Assembly (NCBI GenBank): GCA_037144155.1
Contig: JBAWXH010000008.1
Coordinates: 28,261 to 92,260 of the forward strand
Direction: 5' to 3'
DNA length: 64,000 nt
Origin: Planctomycetota bacterium
GTDB taxonomy: Bacteria > Planctomycetota > Planctomycetia > Pirellulales > Pirellulaceae
The position numbers and the translations under genes were made by a program. Shown piece by piece: positions 49,661 to 60,136 of the stretch (positions within the stretch are counted from its first letter, which is position 1; every line of letters begins with the position of its first letter). A model generated the notes under the pieces. The model saw only the letters and a list, made by a program, of their open reading frames with translations, did no database searches and was not told the DNA's origin.

Positions 49661-51645
49661 CGCTTGGCCGATTCCAACTTTTTCAATTCATCGAGGGAGG
49701 CTTGGGTCTCGACGGCGCCGACACGGCTCTTCTTCGGATTGAGCAAATTGGTTACTTGGGAATCGGCGATCAGCTTGGACATAAAGCTGTCCATTTCGAC
49801 TCGCGTCTTCTTTTCGAGAATCTCTTTGGAAAGCTCGGTCTTCACGGCTTGGAAATCTTTGACAACGGGATCGGTGAAGCCTTGGCAACGAACAATCACA
49901 TACTGTCCGGCCACTTCAACGATTCCGGACATTTCGCCCGGCTTCAAACCGAACGCAGCTTTTTCGAGGTTGGGCTGACCGCCATGCTTTCGAAGAGGAG
50001 GTACTTTCCCAAAGTTCGCTCGCGAACTGGGCTCCACCGAATACTGATTTGCGAGCTCACCGAAGAACTGCTCGGTCGATCGATTGCGAGCCATCTCCCA
50101 AACCTCTTGGGCGGTGCGCTGATTGCTGAGAACGATGGCCAGGACTTCGGCTCGCTGGCCAAAACTAGCTTCGAATCCCTTCTTGAGATCTTCGTCAGAG
50201 ACGGTAACCCGATTGGAGACCAGCTTCTTGAGAGCCACCGTTGGCCAAACGGCATCCCGCACGTAGAGATCGACGGTTTTGCCATCTTCGCTCAATACAT
50301 CCGCGATCCAGCGTTGGAGATCCGGGGTTCCATCGGCATTGATGTAGCCATAGAACTCCGCAGTATTTCGAATCTCCTGGTCGATCTCTGCTTGAGTGAC
50401 TTGCTGACCGGCTTTGGCGAGCGCTCCCTCGACCAGTTTTCGATTGATTTCGCCTTCGAGCGTTTGTGTCCCGAATCGTTTGACACATTCCTTCTCAAGG
50501 ATATCCATCATGATCCCCTGACCATTGAGGATGGCCGCGACACCTGGATATTGTTGTTGCAGTTCAGGGTGTCCCATGACGGTCACGACTTGAGCATTCT
50601 GTCGTAAGTCGGTGTACATTTTCTCGGCGGATTCCCGCAGTTTCTGTTCTTGCATTTCGCTCTTGATGCGGTTTTGAATTTCCGCCAATTGAGGCGCCGG
50701 AGGATTTGCGGGTGGGACGTGACGAAGGCATTGCAGCGTCACATGCATATCACTGACCGTGAAGATCTTCGAGATTTCCCCAGGCTGCAATCCGAACGCG
50801 ATGGCTTCAAATTCATCATCCCCAGAGAATCTGCGAATCGGTGGAATCAGACCATCGACGCTGGCGCTGTTGGTGTCTTCGCTGTGGTTACGAGCCAAGG
50901 TTTTGAATGAGTCGGGGTTTGCCAACGCTTGAGCGTGAATTCCCTTGAGCTGTTCAAGATCCTTGCACACAATCATCCGGACTTGGACTTTCGGTCCGAA
51001 TTCGCTTTGAAAGGCGCGATCGATCTCTTGAGGAGAGACCTGAATCAAATCCTTTCCCAATTGACGCAGTGCGAGCATTGGCCACACGATATCGGACGAA
51101 TATTGCTCGGGAGTAATGTTCCGCTCTTCCTGCAACAGCTTGGTGTACATCGGTACGCTGAGATTGAACTTGGAAGCCACTCGAGCGATTTCATCGTCGA
51201 CATCCTTTTGCGTGATCTCAATCTTCTTGCTTTGGCAAGCTTGGAGAATCAGGTAACGATTGACGATGTTGTCAAGGATCTGATCTCCGTAGCGGAGCAC
51301 GCACTGCTGCGCAAGATCCTGCAATGTGATGGATTGATTATTCACCACCGCCACAATGGGGGGACCGGATTCACTGTCCTTGATACTGCGTGTATTGGAT
51401 GCGGGCGTGGCGACAACCTTGGGATCTTTGGTTGAGGCACTGCCACTAGGGGGATTTGCCTCAGGTGCATTCCCTCGGAGCTGGGCGGTGGTCTTGGTCC
51501 CTTTCCGCTCTTGACCCATTGAAGGTGTCGCGCTCGAAGCGAAGAGGGCAAGCAGTAAGGTTGAGTCGAGAACGCGCCGGCTTGCAGTGCGAGAAAACTG
51601 GGACAATCGCATGGTATTCCTCATGAAGGATGCGAGGTGGGACAC
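49657..51645 (-). CDS. Large secreted parvulin-type peptidyl-prolyl isomerase (SurA/PrsA-like, two rotamase domains)
   Basis: FKTLARNHSED..G, FGELANQYSVE..G, AFGLKPGEMSG; 4-bp overlap with the next gene. Confidence 0.9.
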   Translation of the reverse strand: MSHLASFMRNTMRLSQFSRTASRRVLDSTLLLALFASSATPSMGQERKGTKTTAQLRGNAPEANPPSGSASTKDPKVVATPASNTRSIKDSESGPPIVAVVNNQSITLQDLAQQCVLRYGDQILDNIVNRYLILQACQSKKIEITQKDVDDEIARVASKFNLSVPMYTKLLQEERNITPEQYSSDIVWPMLALRQLGKDLIQVSPQEIDRAFQSEFGPKVQVRMIVCKDLEQLKGIHAQALANPDSFKTLARNHSEDTNSASVDGLIPPIRRFSGDDEFEAIAFGLQPGEISKIFTVSDMHVTLQCLRHVPPANPPAPQLAEIQNRIKSEMQEQKLRESAEKMYTDLRQNAQVVTVMGHPELQQQYPGVAAILNGQGIMMDILEKECVKRFGTQTLEGEINRKLVEGALAKAGQQVTQAEIDQEIRNTAEFYGYINADGTPDLQRWIADVLSEDGKTVDLYVRDAVWPTVALKKLVSNRVTVSDEDLKKGFEASFGQRAEVLAIVLSNQRTAQEVWEMARNRSTEQFFGELANQYSVEPSSRANFGKVPPLRKHGGQPNLEKAAFGLKPGEMSGIVEVAGQYVIVRCQGFTDPVVKDFQAVKTELSKEILEKKTRVEMDSFMSKLIADSQVTNLLNPKKSRVGAVETQASLDELKKLESAKR

Positions 51646-51971
51646 GGGTGCGGACCCGCATCAGTTTGTTCGCCGGTCAATATCCATCCTGAACATTGGC
51701 CGATCGTCGGCGAGAAACTGAGTAACGGAAAGAGTGTACGAAGGGGGCAAAAACTGGGTCAAGATGACTTTCGCGCTCCTACCCGAAGGTGTGGAGGGCG
51801 GAAGGTTCACGAAACGGGATCCAATTCACCCCCCGCGGGCAGATCCAACGTTCCCTTCTTCAATCGCTTGCCTGTAGAATGTGACGAACTAGTTTACTTG
51901 GAGGGACTTGAGGCTGGATTTAGATAGGATCCCGTCCAATCATCCCTTCTGATCATCCTGTTGGAACCGCC

Positions 51972-52520
51972 ATGACTTTGATAGCAAAAAATGAAGTATC
52001 CTCATTGGGGGTGCCAGCGGAATTCGCTCGCTACGAAACCTTGCGCCGCGCAAACACATGGTGTTTTTCCCTCTCCCGGGATCAATGGCAGCATTTGCAG
52101 CTGACCGCTTCCGATGGCCGAGTTTTCAAGGATGTGTCGGTAGTGCCTTTATTCCCGGTCGCTACACCGAAAGAATGGATTTCGATAGTAGGGAGCGAGG
52201 GGGACGAATTGGTGAGTCTTCGGGACCTGGGTTCGCTCGCTCCGCGTGACCGTGAACTGATTGAAGAGGAGTTGGCATTTCGCGAGTTTGTACCGCAGAT
52301 ACTCAAGATTGTCTCGGTATCGGGAACCCAGGAGCCATGCGAATGGGAAGTGGAGACCAACTTCGGCAGGACCCGTTTTGTGCTGAATGCAGAAGAAGAT
52401 GTACGTCGAGTGAGTGCATGGACCGTTCATTTCCAGGATGCGAGCGGCGGGCGTTTTTGGGTCGAGGATATTCGCAAGCTCGACAGTCGCTCGCGGGCCT
52501 TCGTGGAATGGTACGTATAA
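51972..52520 (+). CDS. DUF1854-like protein
   Basis: V.VVPLFPV..P.EWISI..EL..L, ELAFREFVP.I, WEVET..G, D.RKLD..SR. Confidence 0.8.
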   Translation: MTLIAKNEVSSLGVPAEFARYETLRRANTWCFSLSRDQWQHLQLTASDGRVFKDVSVVPLFPVATPKEWISIVGSEGDELVSLRDLGSLAPRDRELIEEELAFREFVPQILKIVSVSGTQEPCEWEVETNFGRTRFVLNAEEDVRRVSAWTVHFQDASGGRFWVEDIRKLDSRSRAFVEWYV

Positions 52521-52543
52521 CGCATCGCAGTCAGGTCCAATGA

Positions 52544-53341
52544 ATGATTCATTCTCTCGATTTTCGTGGTCAGATGATCTTGCTGGGAACCGGTACCAGC
52601 GTCGGCGTTCCATGCATTGGTTGTTCGTGTGATGTTTGCACGGGCGGGGAACCTCGCAATCAACGGACTCGATCAAGCGCTATCCTCGGCTTGCCCGAAG
52701 GCAACTTGCTCATCGACACACCTCCGGATCTGCGAAGCCAACTGCTGCGAGAGAAGATTGGATTAGTCCATTCGGTGTTGTACACACATGAGCATGCCGA
52801 TCATTTGCACGGGCTGGATGACGTGCGATTATTTCCGTTCATGCTCGGGCATCCTATCCCGATTTATGCATCGGAAGTGGTGGAAGCAAGAATACGTCGT
52901 ATCTTTGACTATGCATTTGATGAACGAGAGCCAACGCATCCGGGAGCCGTTCCCAACCTGGAGCTGCGCCGCATTTCGACGCTGCCGATCGACATCCTAG
53001 GATCCGTATTGATTCCGATACCACTGGTTCATGGTCCGTACTGCCGTTCGTTAGGATACCGTATCGGAAATATCGCGTACTGCACCGACACCAATCGGAT
53101 TGAGCCCGAGAGTATGCAATTGCTCGAAGGACTCGACGTCCTCGTTCTGGATTCGCTGCGTTTACGTTCCCATCCATCTCATTTTTCTGTCGGTGAAGCC
53201 TTGGATGTGATCGAGGTTTTGAAACCCAAGCGAGCGTACCTGACCCATTTGTCACACGAACTGGATTACATGACCTTTAACAGGGAATTGCCCGAGCATG
53301 TATCTCTGGCGTACGACGGACTTCGAATTCCGTTGACTTGA
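52544..53341 (+). CDS. MBL-fold metallo-hydrolase (PhnP-like)
   Basis: LGTGTSVGVP..C.C..C, THEHADHLHG, YCTD, THLSH. Confidence 0.92.
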   Translation: MIHSLDFRGQMILLGTGTSVGVPCIGCSCDVCTGGEPRNQRTRSSAILGLPEGNLLIDTPPDLRSQLLREKIGLVHSVLYTHEHADHLHGLDDVRLFPFMLGHPIPIYASEVVEARIRRIFDYAFDEREPTHPGAVPNLELRRISTLPIDILGSVLIPIPLVHGPYCRSLGYRIGNIAYCTDTNRIEPESMQLLEGLDVLVLDSLRLRSHPSHFSVGEALDVIEVLKPKRAYLTHLSHELDYMTFNRELPEHVSLAYDGLRIPLT

Positions 53342-53789
53342 GATGCTATTGGGCATCCGGTCGCGAGGCGGGTGTGGTGTTGATGGATCTGGACAACTGA
53401 AATCCGCGACAATGAAAGGATCCATCCGTCCGTCGCAAGAGGTGCACAGATAGACTAACCGTCCTCCCTAGCTGCACGGTTTCCTAATGCTTTCCTAGTG
53501 CCGAGGAGGGTGCAAAGTTTCCGCATCCGGGAGCGAGCTCCTCGACATGGTTTTTTCCGAGCGAACCCCGGGGCCGAAGCCATGTCTTGTTTAGAATCCC
53601 CGTCGGTTTGGAAACCAATACTCCAATTTTCGTCCGCTCTCAGCCATCCGAAGGCGATCTACCCAGCGCCCTCTCCGACATCCGATATCCGATGTCAGGA
53701 TCGGTTCGATGGATCGTTGTTGGACGCAAGAAAGCATTCCTTGGTGGATCTGGATGAGGTTAGGTAACCCCACCCGAGGGTTTGGAATG

Positions 53790-53795
53790 TATAAT
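53790..53795 (+). promoter_or_regulatory. Candidate sigma70 -10 box upstream of hflX
   Basis: Perfect TATAAT about 130 bp upstream of the likely start; no clear -35. Confidence 0.35.
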
Positions 53796-53926
53796 TCGAA
53801 ATGTGGGGACATTGAGCTTCGGAACCGTTGTGCATCCAAACCAGCGCGTATCGAGACAGAAGGGCGAAGGGTTTGCCTGTCCCAAAAGCGAATCACCAAT
53901 ATTCATCGACGGAGAAAACCATCCCA

Positions 53927-55390
53927 GTGCAATCGCATGATCGATCACAAAGTCTGGCCAGCGAAACGTGCATTTTGGCACGCCTGCTTCTTCCCAAGGA
54001 TATCAACACAGACGATCCGTTTGACGAGTTGCGAGGACTCGCGGAAACAGCCGGTATTCAGGTAGCCGGAACCGTGTTCCAGAAGAGGGATCATCCCGAC
54101 CAATCGACGTACTTAGGAAAAGGAAAAGTTGGCGAGCTCTCCCAGTTGTTGGAGATGACGGATGCCGATGTCGTTGTCTTCGACAATGATTTGACCCCCG
54201 CCCAAACGCGAAACCTGGAAAAGGCGCTCAATGCGAAAGTCATCGACCGATCCGAGCTGATCTTGGATATCTTTGCCACCAACGCCCAAACACACGAGGC
54301 GCGTTTGGCGGTCGAATTAGCGCAACTCGAGTATTCACTCCCGCGTCTCAAGCGGATGTGGACCCACCTTTCTCGACAAACGATGGGAGTGGGGATGCGA
54401 GGTCCTGGGGAAAAGCAATTGGAGGTCGACCGCCGACTGGCGGAAAAACGGATTCACGACCTACGAATGGATCTAACCAAAGTCGAGCGTCGCAGAGCTC
54501 GCGAAGTAGCATCGCGTACCGGAACCTTTTGTGTTTCGCTGGTAGGCTACACCAACGCAGGCAAAAGCACCCTGATGAATATGCTGACAGGAGCCGATGT
54601 CGAGGCAGCCGACAAACTGTTTGCGACGTTGGATACACGAACGAGAAAATGGATGCTTCCGGGTTGGGGGCCGATCTTATTGAGCGATACCGTCGGGTTC
54701 ATCCGAGATCTTCCTCACCATTTGATCGCAAGCTTTCGCGCGACCCTCGAAGAAGCGCGACAAGCCAATCTTTTGTTGCATGTCGCAGATGCGAGCAACC
54801 CATCGGTCCTTCAACAAATTTCCTCCGTCTACAAAGTTCTCAAAGAGCTCGGTATCGATGAGAAGGATACGTTGTTGGTGCTGAACAAGGCGGATTGTGC
54901 TGGAGCGGCTGAGCGGATTGCGTTGGTTCTCGAACGCTATCCGAATGCGATTTCCATCTCCGCCAGATCGGGGGAAGGGATTGGGGCCTTATCGTTGGGG
55001 GTCAGCGATGCATTGACATCAAGCTTTGTCGAGCTGGAACTGCATCTGCCTCTGGCCGACGGCAAGACCCTTTCCTGGTTGGCATCGCACGCAGAAGTCT
55101 TGGCCAAACAATACAACGAAGACGAGGCCGTCATCCATTGCCGGATGCCTGCCAGCGCTGCGGGAAAGTTGGCCGGGCAAGGCTTTGAATTGCGCGTACT
55201 GGCGGGGAAAATCCCCGAACCGGCCCAAAAAGGCCTGCCCAGCAATGCCACCTACTTGGAACCGGATCGCGATCCTTCCATTCCCACCGAGGCGGAGGTG
55301 GATCTTGAACCCGGCCATTCCGAGCATCGAAGTGCAAACACTGTTTCTGCCGATCAAGCGTTACCAGGCAACGCAGCCGACGTCGCTTAA
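53927..55390 (+). CDS. hflX: Ribosome-splitting GTPase HflX
   Basis: YLGKGK, LAQLEYSLPRL, GPGEKQLEVDRR, GYTNAGKST, DTVGF, NKAD. GTG start after GGAG chosen (ORF track starts 53828). Confidence 0.95.
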   Translation: MQSHDRSQSLASETCILARLLLPKDINTDDPFDELRGLAETAGIQVAGTVFQKRDHPDQSTYLGKGKVGELSQLLEMTDADVVVFDNDLTPAQTRNLEKALNAKVIDRSELILDIFATNAQTHEARLAVELAQLEYSLPRLKRMWTHLSRQTMGVGMRGPGEKQLEVDRRLAEKRIHDLRMDLTKVERRRAREVASRTGTFCVSLVGYTNAGKSTLMNMLTGADVEAADKLFATLDTRTRKWMLPGWGPILLSDTVGFIRDLPHHLIASFRATLEEARQANLLLHVADASNPSVLQQISSVYKVLKELGIDEKDTLLVLNKADCAGAAERIALVLERYPNAISISARSGEGIGALSLGVSDALTSSFVELELHLPLADGKTLSWLASHAEVLAKQYNEDEAVIHCRMPASAAGKLAGQGFELRVLAGKIPEPAQKGLPSNATYLEPDRDPSIPTEAEVDLEPGHSEHRSANTVSADQALPGNAADVA

Positions 55391-55429
55391 CGCTAGGATC
55401 GCACCTCGATCGTCCCCCCATGCAACCAC

Positions 55430-56266
55430 TTGTTAGGAAATCCACTCCCCTTGGCTCGACGTAAGATACGCAATCTTCGTGTGCTGTTGACCGGCGCATC
55501 CAGTGGCATAGGGTATGAAATGGCATTGCAGTTGGTGCGCATGGGGGCCAACGTCCTGGCGACGGCGAGGCGCTATGAGAAACTGAGCCTTCTAACAGAA
55601 GAAACAAAAGGATTCTCTGGGAGCTTGGCAATTGTGCCTGGTGATATTACCGAGCCATCCCACCGCAGCTCGTTGATCGTATGGTGCGAGCAACACTGGG
55701 GAGGCCTAGATGTCTTGATCAACAATGCGGGTGCCGGCGCCATCGGACCGTTCTCCGAAGCCAGTAGTGAACGGCTAAGACAAGTCATGGAAGTTGATTT
55801 CTTCGCCCCTGCGGAATTGACTCGATTGTGTTTACCTCTCCTTCGAAAAGGCAATAAACCGGCCATTCTCAATATCGGTTCTGTCCTCGGACATCGAGCG
55901 GTTCCAAACAAGAGCGAATACTGCGCGGCCAAATTTGCGATGCGAGGTTGGTCGGAATCGATTCGTGTCGAACTAGCGACGGAACGGATCGAAGTGCTCA
56001 TGGTCAGCCCTAGCACAACGCGCAGCGAGTTCTTTGATTCCTTGCTCGATAGCCGATCCGACGTCCAAAGCCAATCGTTGGGGAGTATGTCAGCAGAGAG
56101 TGTCGCAAAGATCGCGATCGCTTCCCTCGTTCGATCCAAACGGGAGATGATCATCAGTTGGGGAGGCAAGGCGTTGGTGTGGTTTGGTCGCTATTTTCCG
56201 AGCTTGACCGATCGCATTCTGGTCATTGGGAAATCGCGGGGAACCGACGACTTCCCAATCCGTTAG
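55430..56266 (+). CDS. Short-chain dehydrogenase/reductase
   Basis: TGASSGIG, NNAG, YCAAK. Confidence 0.93.
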   Translation: MLGNPLPLARRKIRNLRVLLTGASSGIGYEMALQLVRMGANVLATARRYEKLSLLTEETKGFSGSLAIVPGDITEPSHRSSLIVWCEQHWGGLDVLINNAGAGAIGPFSEASSERLRQVMEVDFFAPAELTRLCLPLLRKGNKPAILNIGSVLGHRAVPNKSEYCAAKFAMRGWSESIRVELATERIEVLMVSPSTTRSEFFDSLLDSRSDVQSQSLGSMSAESVAKIAIASLVRSKREMIISWGGKALVWFGRYFPSLTDRILVIGKSRGTDDFPIR

Positions 56267-56338
56267 CACACACTCATTCGGCATCCAGTTTCCCTCTCGG
56301 CCTGAGGATTCGAAACAAGCCTGCTATTTGCAAATAAA

Positions 56339-56367
56339 AAGGGCCTCGCGTTGTTCGCGAGGCCCTT
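56339..56367. terminator. Bidirectional intrinsic terminator
   Basis: aagggcctcgcg-ttgtt-cgcgaggccctt with an A-tract before and T-rich sequence after, between convergent genes. Confidence 0.85.
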
Positions 56368-56428
56368 ATTGTTTTGAGTCTTTGCCATCGGCGATATCGC
56401 TCGCCCAATGACTTATAGGCTCCGTTGT

Positions 56429-57808
56429 CTACTGGTACCAGCTTTCGTCATTGGTCCAGGCAGCGCCTCGTTGATGTGCACTGACAACACTTTCGGATTC
56501 TTTGGTGTTGGTTGCGACTCCCCACGATTCGATCATCACGCCGCCGCTCGCAGCCACCATCAAGCCTTGCACGGATTGAAGGAAGCTTACTTGAGGGTCG
56601 AGCGATTTGGGGACATCGAACTTGGTCGTCTCGATCGTCGCAGCATCACCAAGAATTGCCGATAGATCGCAACCCGCTTGCGATTGCAGGTTCTGCGATT
56701 CGATCACGGCAGCCACAACGCACAGGTCCATGACATTCCGAAGATCGCCGAAGACGGTATCCTTGGTCGCGAGAACATCCATTTTCTTCGTGAACAGATC
56801 CGCCCATTTTTTGGCGGCTGCATCGATCTTGCCAGTCTGCTTGGCAGCACCACTCGCGTCGTACACTTCTTGTTCCGTTAATGTCTTGATACCCGGACCG
56901 CTGACTCGCCATGCCAATCGGTCCTGACTGTGTGTGATGGAATCGTAATCGCAAGCCATCCACCAACGGGATTGAATCCCCGCGGCCGCCGAAGAGCGAC
57001 TTCGGATCATTTGAAGGTAGCTGGGTAATCCATCTACAGGAGCCTGAGCCAAGTTCATACCATAGAGCTTCATACGGTAGTCTGCTGTTAGGATCACGCG
57101 AGCCATGTGGCTGTCCGCAGGAACACCCTGGAGCTTGATCTGTTGAGGACCAAATGCTTCGGCAACCATCGGACCTAGCACTTGCGGGTTCGGATTTGAT
57201 CCGATATTCCTCAACAGCTGATTCAGTTGAACGACTCCTTGTTCAGTAGGCTCAATCGAAACCGAAATGCCTCCATTGCGTGCATTGGACACGTATCGGA
57301 AAGCGGTCAACAAATCATCGAGATAGACTACCGGTCGACCCGACACTTTGCCCACAACCGATCCTGCTGGACCCACGTGCCACGGTTCGGAAGGTCCAGC
57401 GATCACGATGTCTTGCCGTTCTGGATAGACAAACACGTATTCAACGCGGGTCAATCCGCCGAGATACAAAACCTCTTCTGGCAACGATGTTTGATTTCGA
57501 ACCGCGTCGAGAACCAAGGCTTGGATCTTCTTGAGAGAGATCATGCGGAGGTCGGTTGGCTTAGCCAAATCCCCCTTGGCTTCAGCGACTTGGTCTCGCA
57601 TCTGCATAAGGAAGCCGTTTTGCTCTTCAACGGTTGCATTGCGAAGAACGCCATCCGCATCAACGCGTACACCTCCCACAACACCAAAGCGGCCATTGTT
57701 AAAGAGTTGGGCTTCCACTCGAGAGGCTTGCAGCGAACACGCAATAGCCAGAAAGACCATCGTCCGAATCATCCAAGAACTCGGGAGGACGGAAGCAATA
57801 AATCGCAT
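56429..57808 (-). CDS. DUF1598-like secreted protein
   Basis: Signal peptide, VGGVRVDADG, LDDLLTAFR, ADYRMK..G, SRWW. GGAG RBS. Confidence 0.8.
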   Translation of the reverse strand: MRFIASVLPSSWMIRTMVFLAIACSLQASRVEAQLFNNGRFGVVGGVRVDADGVLRNATVEEQNGFLMQMRDQVAEAKGDLAKPTDLRMISLKKIQALVLDAVRNQTSLPEEVLYLGGLTRVEYVFVYPERQDIVIAGPSEPWHVGPAGSVVGKVSGRPVVYLDDLLTAFRYVSNARNGGISVSIEPTEQGVVQLNQLLRNIGSNPNPQVLGPMVAEAFGPQQIKLQGVPADSHMARVILTADYRMKLYGMNLAQAPVDGLPSYLQMIRSRSSAAAGIQSRWWMACDYDSITHSQDRLAWRVSGPGIKTLTEQEVYDASGAAKQTGKIDAAAKKWADLFTKKMDVLATKDTVFGDLRNVMDLCVVAAVIESQNLQSQAGCDLSAILGDAATIETTKFDVPKSLDPQVSFLQSVQGLMVAASGGVMIESWGVATNTKESESVVSAHQRGAAWTNDESWYQ

Positions 57809-57901
57809 GGTCGATACTCCGTTAGGAATCGAAAAGTTTGTGCTACGATATAAGTGGTTCAAAACGCTTACCTTGCTCCAGTGTATTTCACTTGCCCCGC
57901 G

Positions 57902-59977
57902 ATGCAACCAAACACACGCTCGGCTTACCTCATTATTCGCCAGGGAAATCGCTGGGCGGACGTCTTTCGCCTAGAAAACGGCCAATCCTTGATCGTCGGC
58001 CGGGCATCCTCGAACGAAATTCCCGTCTCGGACGAGCGGGCCAGCCGTCGACATGCAGAGGTTTTTTGCCAGGGTGACGACTGGTTTGTCCGCGATTTGG
58101 GCTCGCGCAACGGTACCCTACTCAACGGCGTTAAAATCGATACCGCCTGCCTTCTGGTTCCCGGTGCGCAAATCGTAGTTGCCTCCTGCTGGATGACCTT
58201 CGTCCGTTCGCTTGAGGACTATATCCCCCCTCCCAACACTTCGGACGAAGCATCTCCCCAATCTCATACGCAAACCGATATCCCTCCCGCGATCACGCAC
58301 CGAAAAGATCGCACCTCGCTCCTCGAATCGCGAGAGATCGATCCGAGCGAGGTAGAGGGTCTGGCAGAGAAACCTTCGGTCGAGCCTCAATCTGCGCCAA
58401 CCTTGAGGGACACGCTAACCGATTCCGATCGACCGAGGCCCGGTTCGCCCGTCGCGATGGATCTGCTGCAACTCGCGTTCGATCTAGCACAACAAACCAA
58501 TGTCAACGATGCTTGCGAACTGGCGCTCAAGCAACTCTTGCAGACGGTCGCTTGTCAAGCCGGAGGCGTTCTGCGATTGGAGGACACCAAACGCGCACCA
58601 TCCAGTGTGCAACCAACGGAGGTCAATGTTGTGGTCATGGCTGCTCACGAACGGGCCGGCCGCGCGTACCATCCCGTTAGCGAGACGATCATAGCGGCAG
58701 TCCGACGCGACCCCGCGGGGATTCTCGCGCGGAACGTGGCCAGAGACGCGGAGCTTCTTGGATCCAAGCCGAGTGACGCGAGTCATGTTCTCACGACGAC
58801 GAGCATGATGGTAGCGCCCATCCGAATCGAGGGCACGCTGTACGGACTGATCCATCTCTATGCGCGGGCCGCTGATCCCGAACTGACACCCGCGGATCTT
58901 GAAGTCGCTCTGGCCATTGCGGAAGTGTTGGCCGTCTCACTGAAAAACCTGATGCGGCAGCAGACGCTCGAGAACAAACTCCAATCGACCGCCGACCGTT
59001 TGAAACAACTGGAACAGCAACTCGGTCACGGTGAATGGATCGGTGGCGCGGAAGGGATGCGGCAGCTCCGAGAGCAAGTGCAACGCGTTGCTCCCACACA
59101 TGCCACCATTCTCATCCGTGGTGAAAGCGGTACAGGCAAAGAACTCGTCGCCCGTGCGATCCATGATCGGAGCGGGCGTTCAAGCGGTCCATTCATCGCC
59201 ATCAACTGCGCCGCATTGACGCCAACTCTTTTGGAAAGCGAACTCTTCGGACACGAAAAAGGTGCGTTCACCGGTGCGACTGAACGCAAGCTCGGAAAGT
59301 TCGAACTCGCGAATGGCGGAACGCTAATGCTCGATGAGTTGGGCGAAATGAGCATGGAGATCCAAGCCAAATTTCTACGCGTTTTGGAAGGTCAAGTCTT
59401 TGAACGGGTGGGAGGAAGCAAACCTATCCGAGTCGACGTCCGGGTCATCGCCGCGACCAATCGCGATCTAGAACAAGCCGTTAAAGACGGAGAGTTCCGT
59501 TCCGATCTCTATTTTCGCTTGCGAGTGATCGAACTCAGGATTCCTCCACTTCGAAATCGGTTAGAAGATATCGTGCCGTTGGCAGAGTTTTTCTTGAAGC
59601 AAAACCGCGCTCGGTCTGGCCACGGACCCATCGGCTTCAGTCCCATAGCCCAACAAGCCATGCGCGATTACCACTGGCCAGGTAATGTCCGCGAACTAAA
59701 GAACTGCGTCGAGCGAGCCCACGTTCTTGCATTAGGTCCGCTCGCCGAGCCCGAAGACTTGGCCCTATCGCACTTGCAAGTACCAGGCATTCATGCGGAA
59801 ACCATTCCAACGGTTGCGGTTTACCAAGAAAAAACTCTGGAACAGATAGAATTGGACCACATTGAAGCCACCATGCGCCACACGGGAGGCCAAAAAAATC
59901 GGGCCGCATCGATTCTGGGAATCGAGCGATCGACCTTAGATCGGAAGCTGAAACGGCTTGGCGATACCGGAAATTGA
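57902..59977 (+). CDS. Sigma54 enhancer-binding protein, FHA-GAF-AAA+-Fis HTH
   Basis: [19 protein letters not shown] (FHA), GAF-like region, [23 protein letters not shown]-terminal HTH. Confidence 0.95.
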   Translation: MQPNTRSAYLIIRQGNRWADVFRLENGQSLIVGRASSNEIPVSDERASRRHAEVFCQGDDWFVRDLGSRNGTLLNGVKIDTACLLVPGAQIVVASCWMTFVRSLEDYIPPPNTSDEASPQSHTQTDIPPAITHRKDRTSLLESREIDPSEVEGLAEKPSVEPQSAPTLRDTLTDSDRPRPGSPVAMDLLQLAFDLAQQTNVNDACELALKQLLQTVACQAGGVLRLEDTKRAPSSVQPTEVNVVVMAAHERAGRAYHPVSETIIAAVRRDPAGILARNVARDAELLGSKPSDASHVLTTTSMMVAPIRIEGTLYGLIHLYARAADPELTPADLEVALAIAEVLAVSLKNLMRQQTLENKLQSTADRLKQLEQQLGHGEWIGGAEGMRQLREQVQRVAPTHATILIRGESGTGKELVARAIHDRSGRSSGPFIAINCAALTPTLLESELFGHEKGAFTGATERKLGKFELANGGTLMLDELGEMSMEIQAKFLRVLEGQVFERVGGSKPIRVDVRVIAATNRDLEQAVKDGEFRSDLYFRLRVIELRIPPLRNRLEDIVPLAEFFLKQNRARSGHGPIGFSPIAQQAMRDYHWPGNVRELKNCVERAHVLALGPLAEPEDLALSHLQVPGIHAETIPTVAVYQEKTLEQIELDHIEATMRHTGGQKNRAASILGIERSTLDRKLKRLGDTGN

Positions 59978-60136
59978 GTCCATCCAGGCCTATGGATTCT
60001 TCGTAAAGCTCCTCCATCTTGTCTATCTTGCCAGCGTCTCCGACTCTGCCTTGATTCTCGGAATCCAGCCATCTATACGCTTGTTCAAGCTCGGTCGCAG
60101 CGGCGCGAGCATCTGTTCCATGCAAATAGGGTGGCC

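Noticed and set aside
49582-50607. Long antisense or overlapping ORFs (also 9327-10109, 15624-16436, 25581-26342, 5265-5975)
   Set aside because: They overlap well-supported genes, lack motifs, and are expected shadows in GC-rich coding DNA
53674-53700. Hairpin GACATC-CGATATCC-GATGTC upstream of hflX as a riboswitch
   Set aside because: Only a 6-bp stem, with no aptamer consensus recognised
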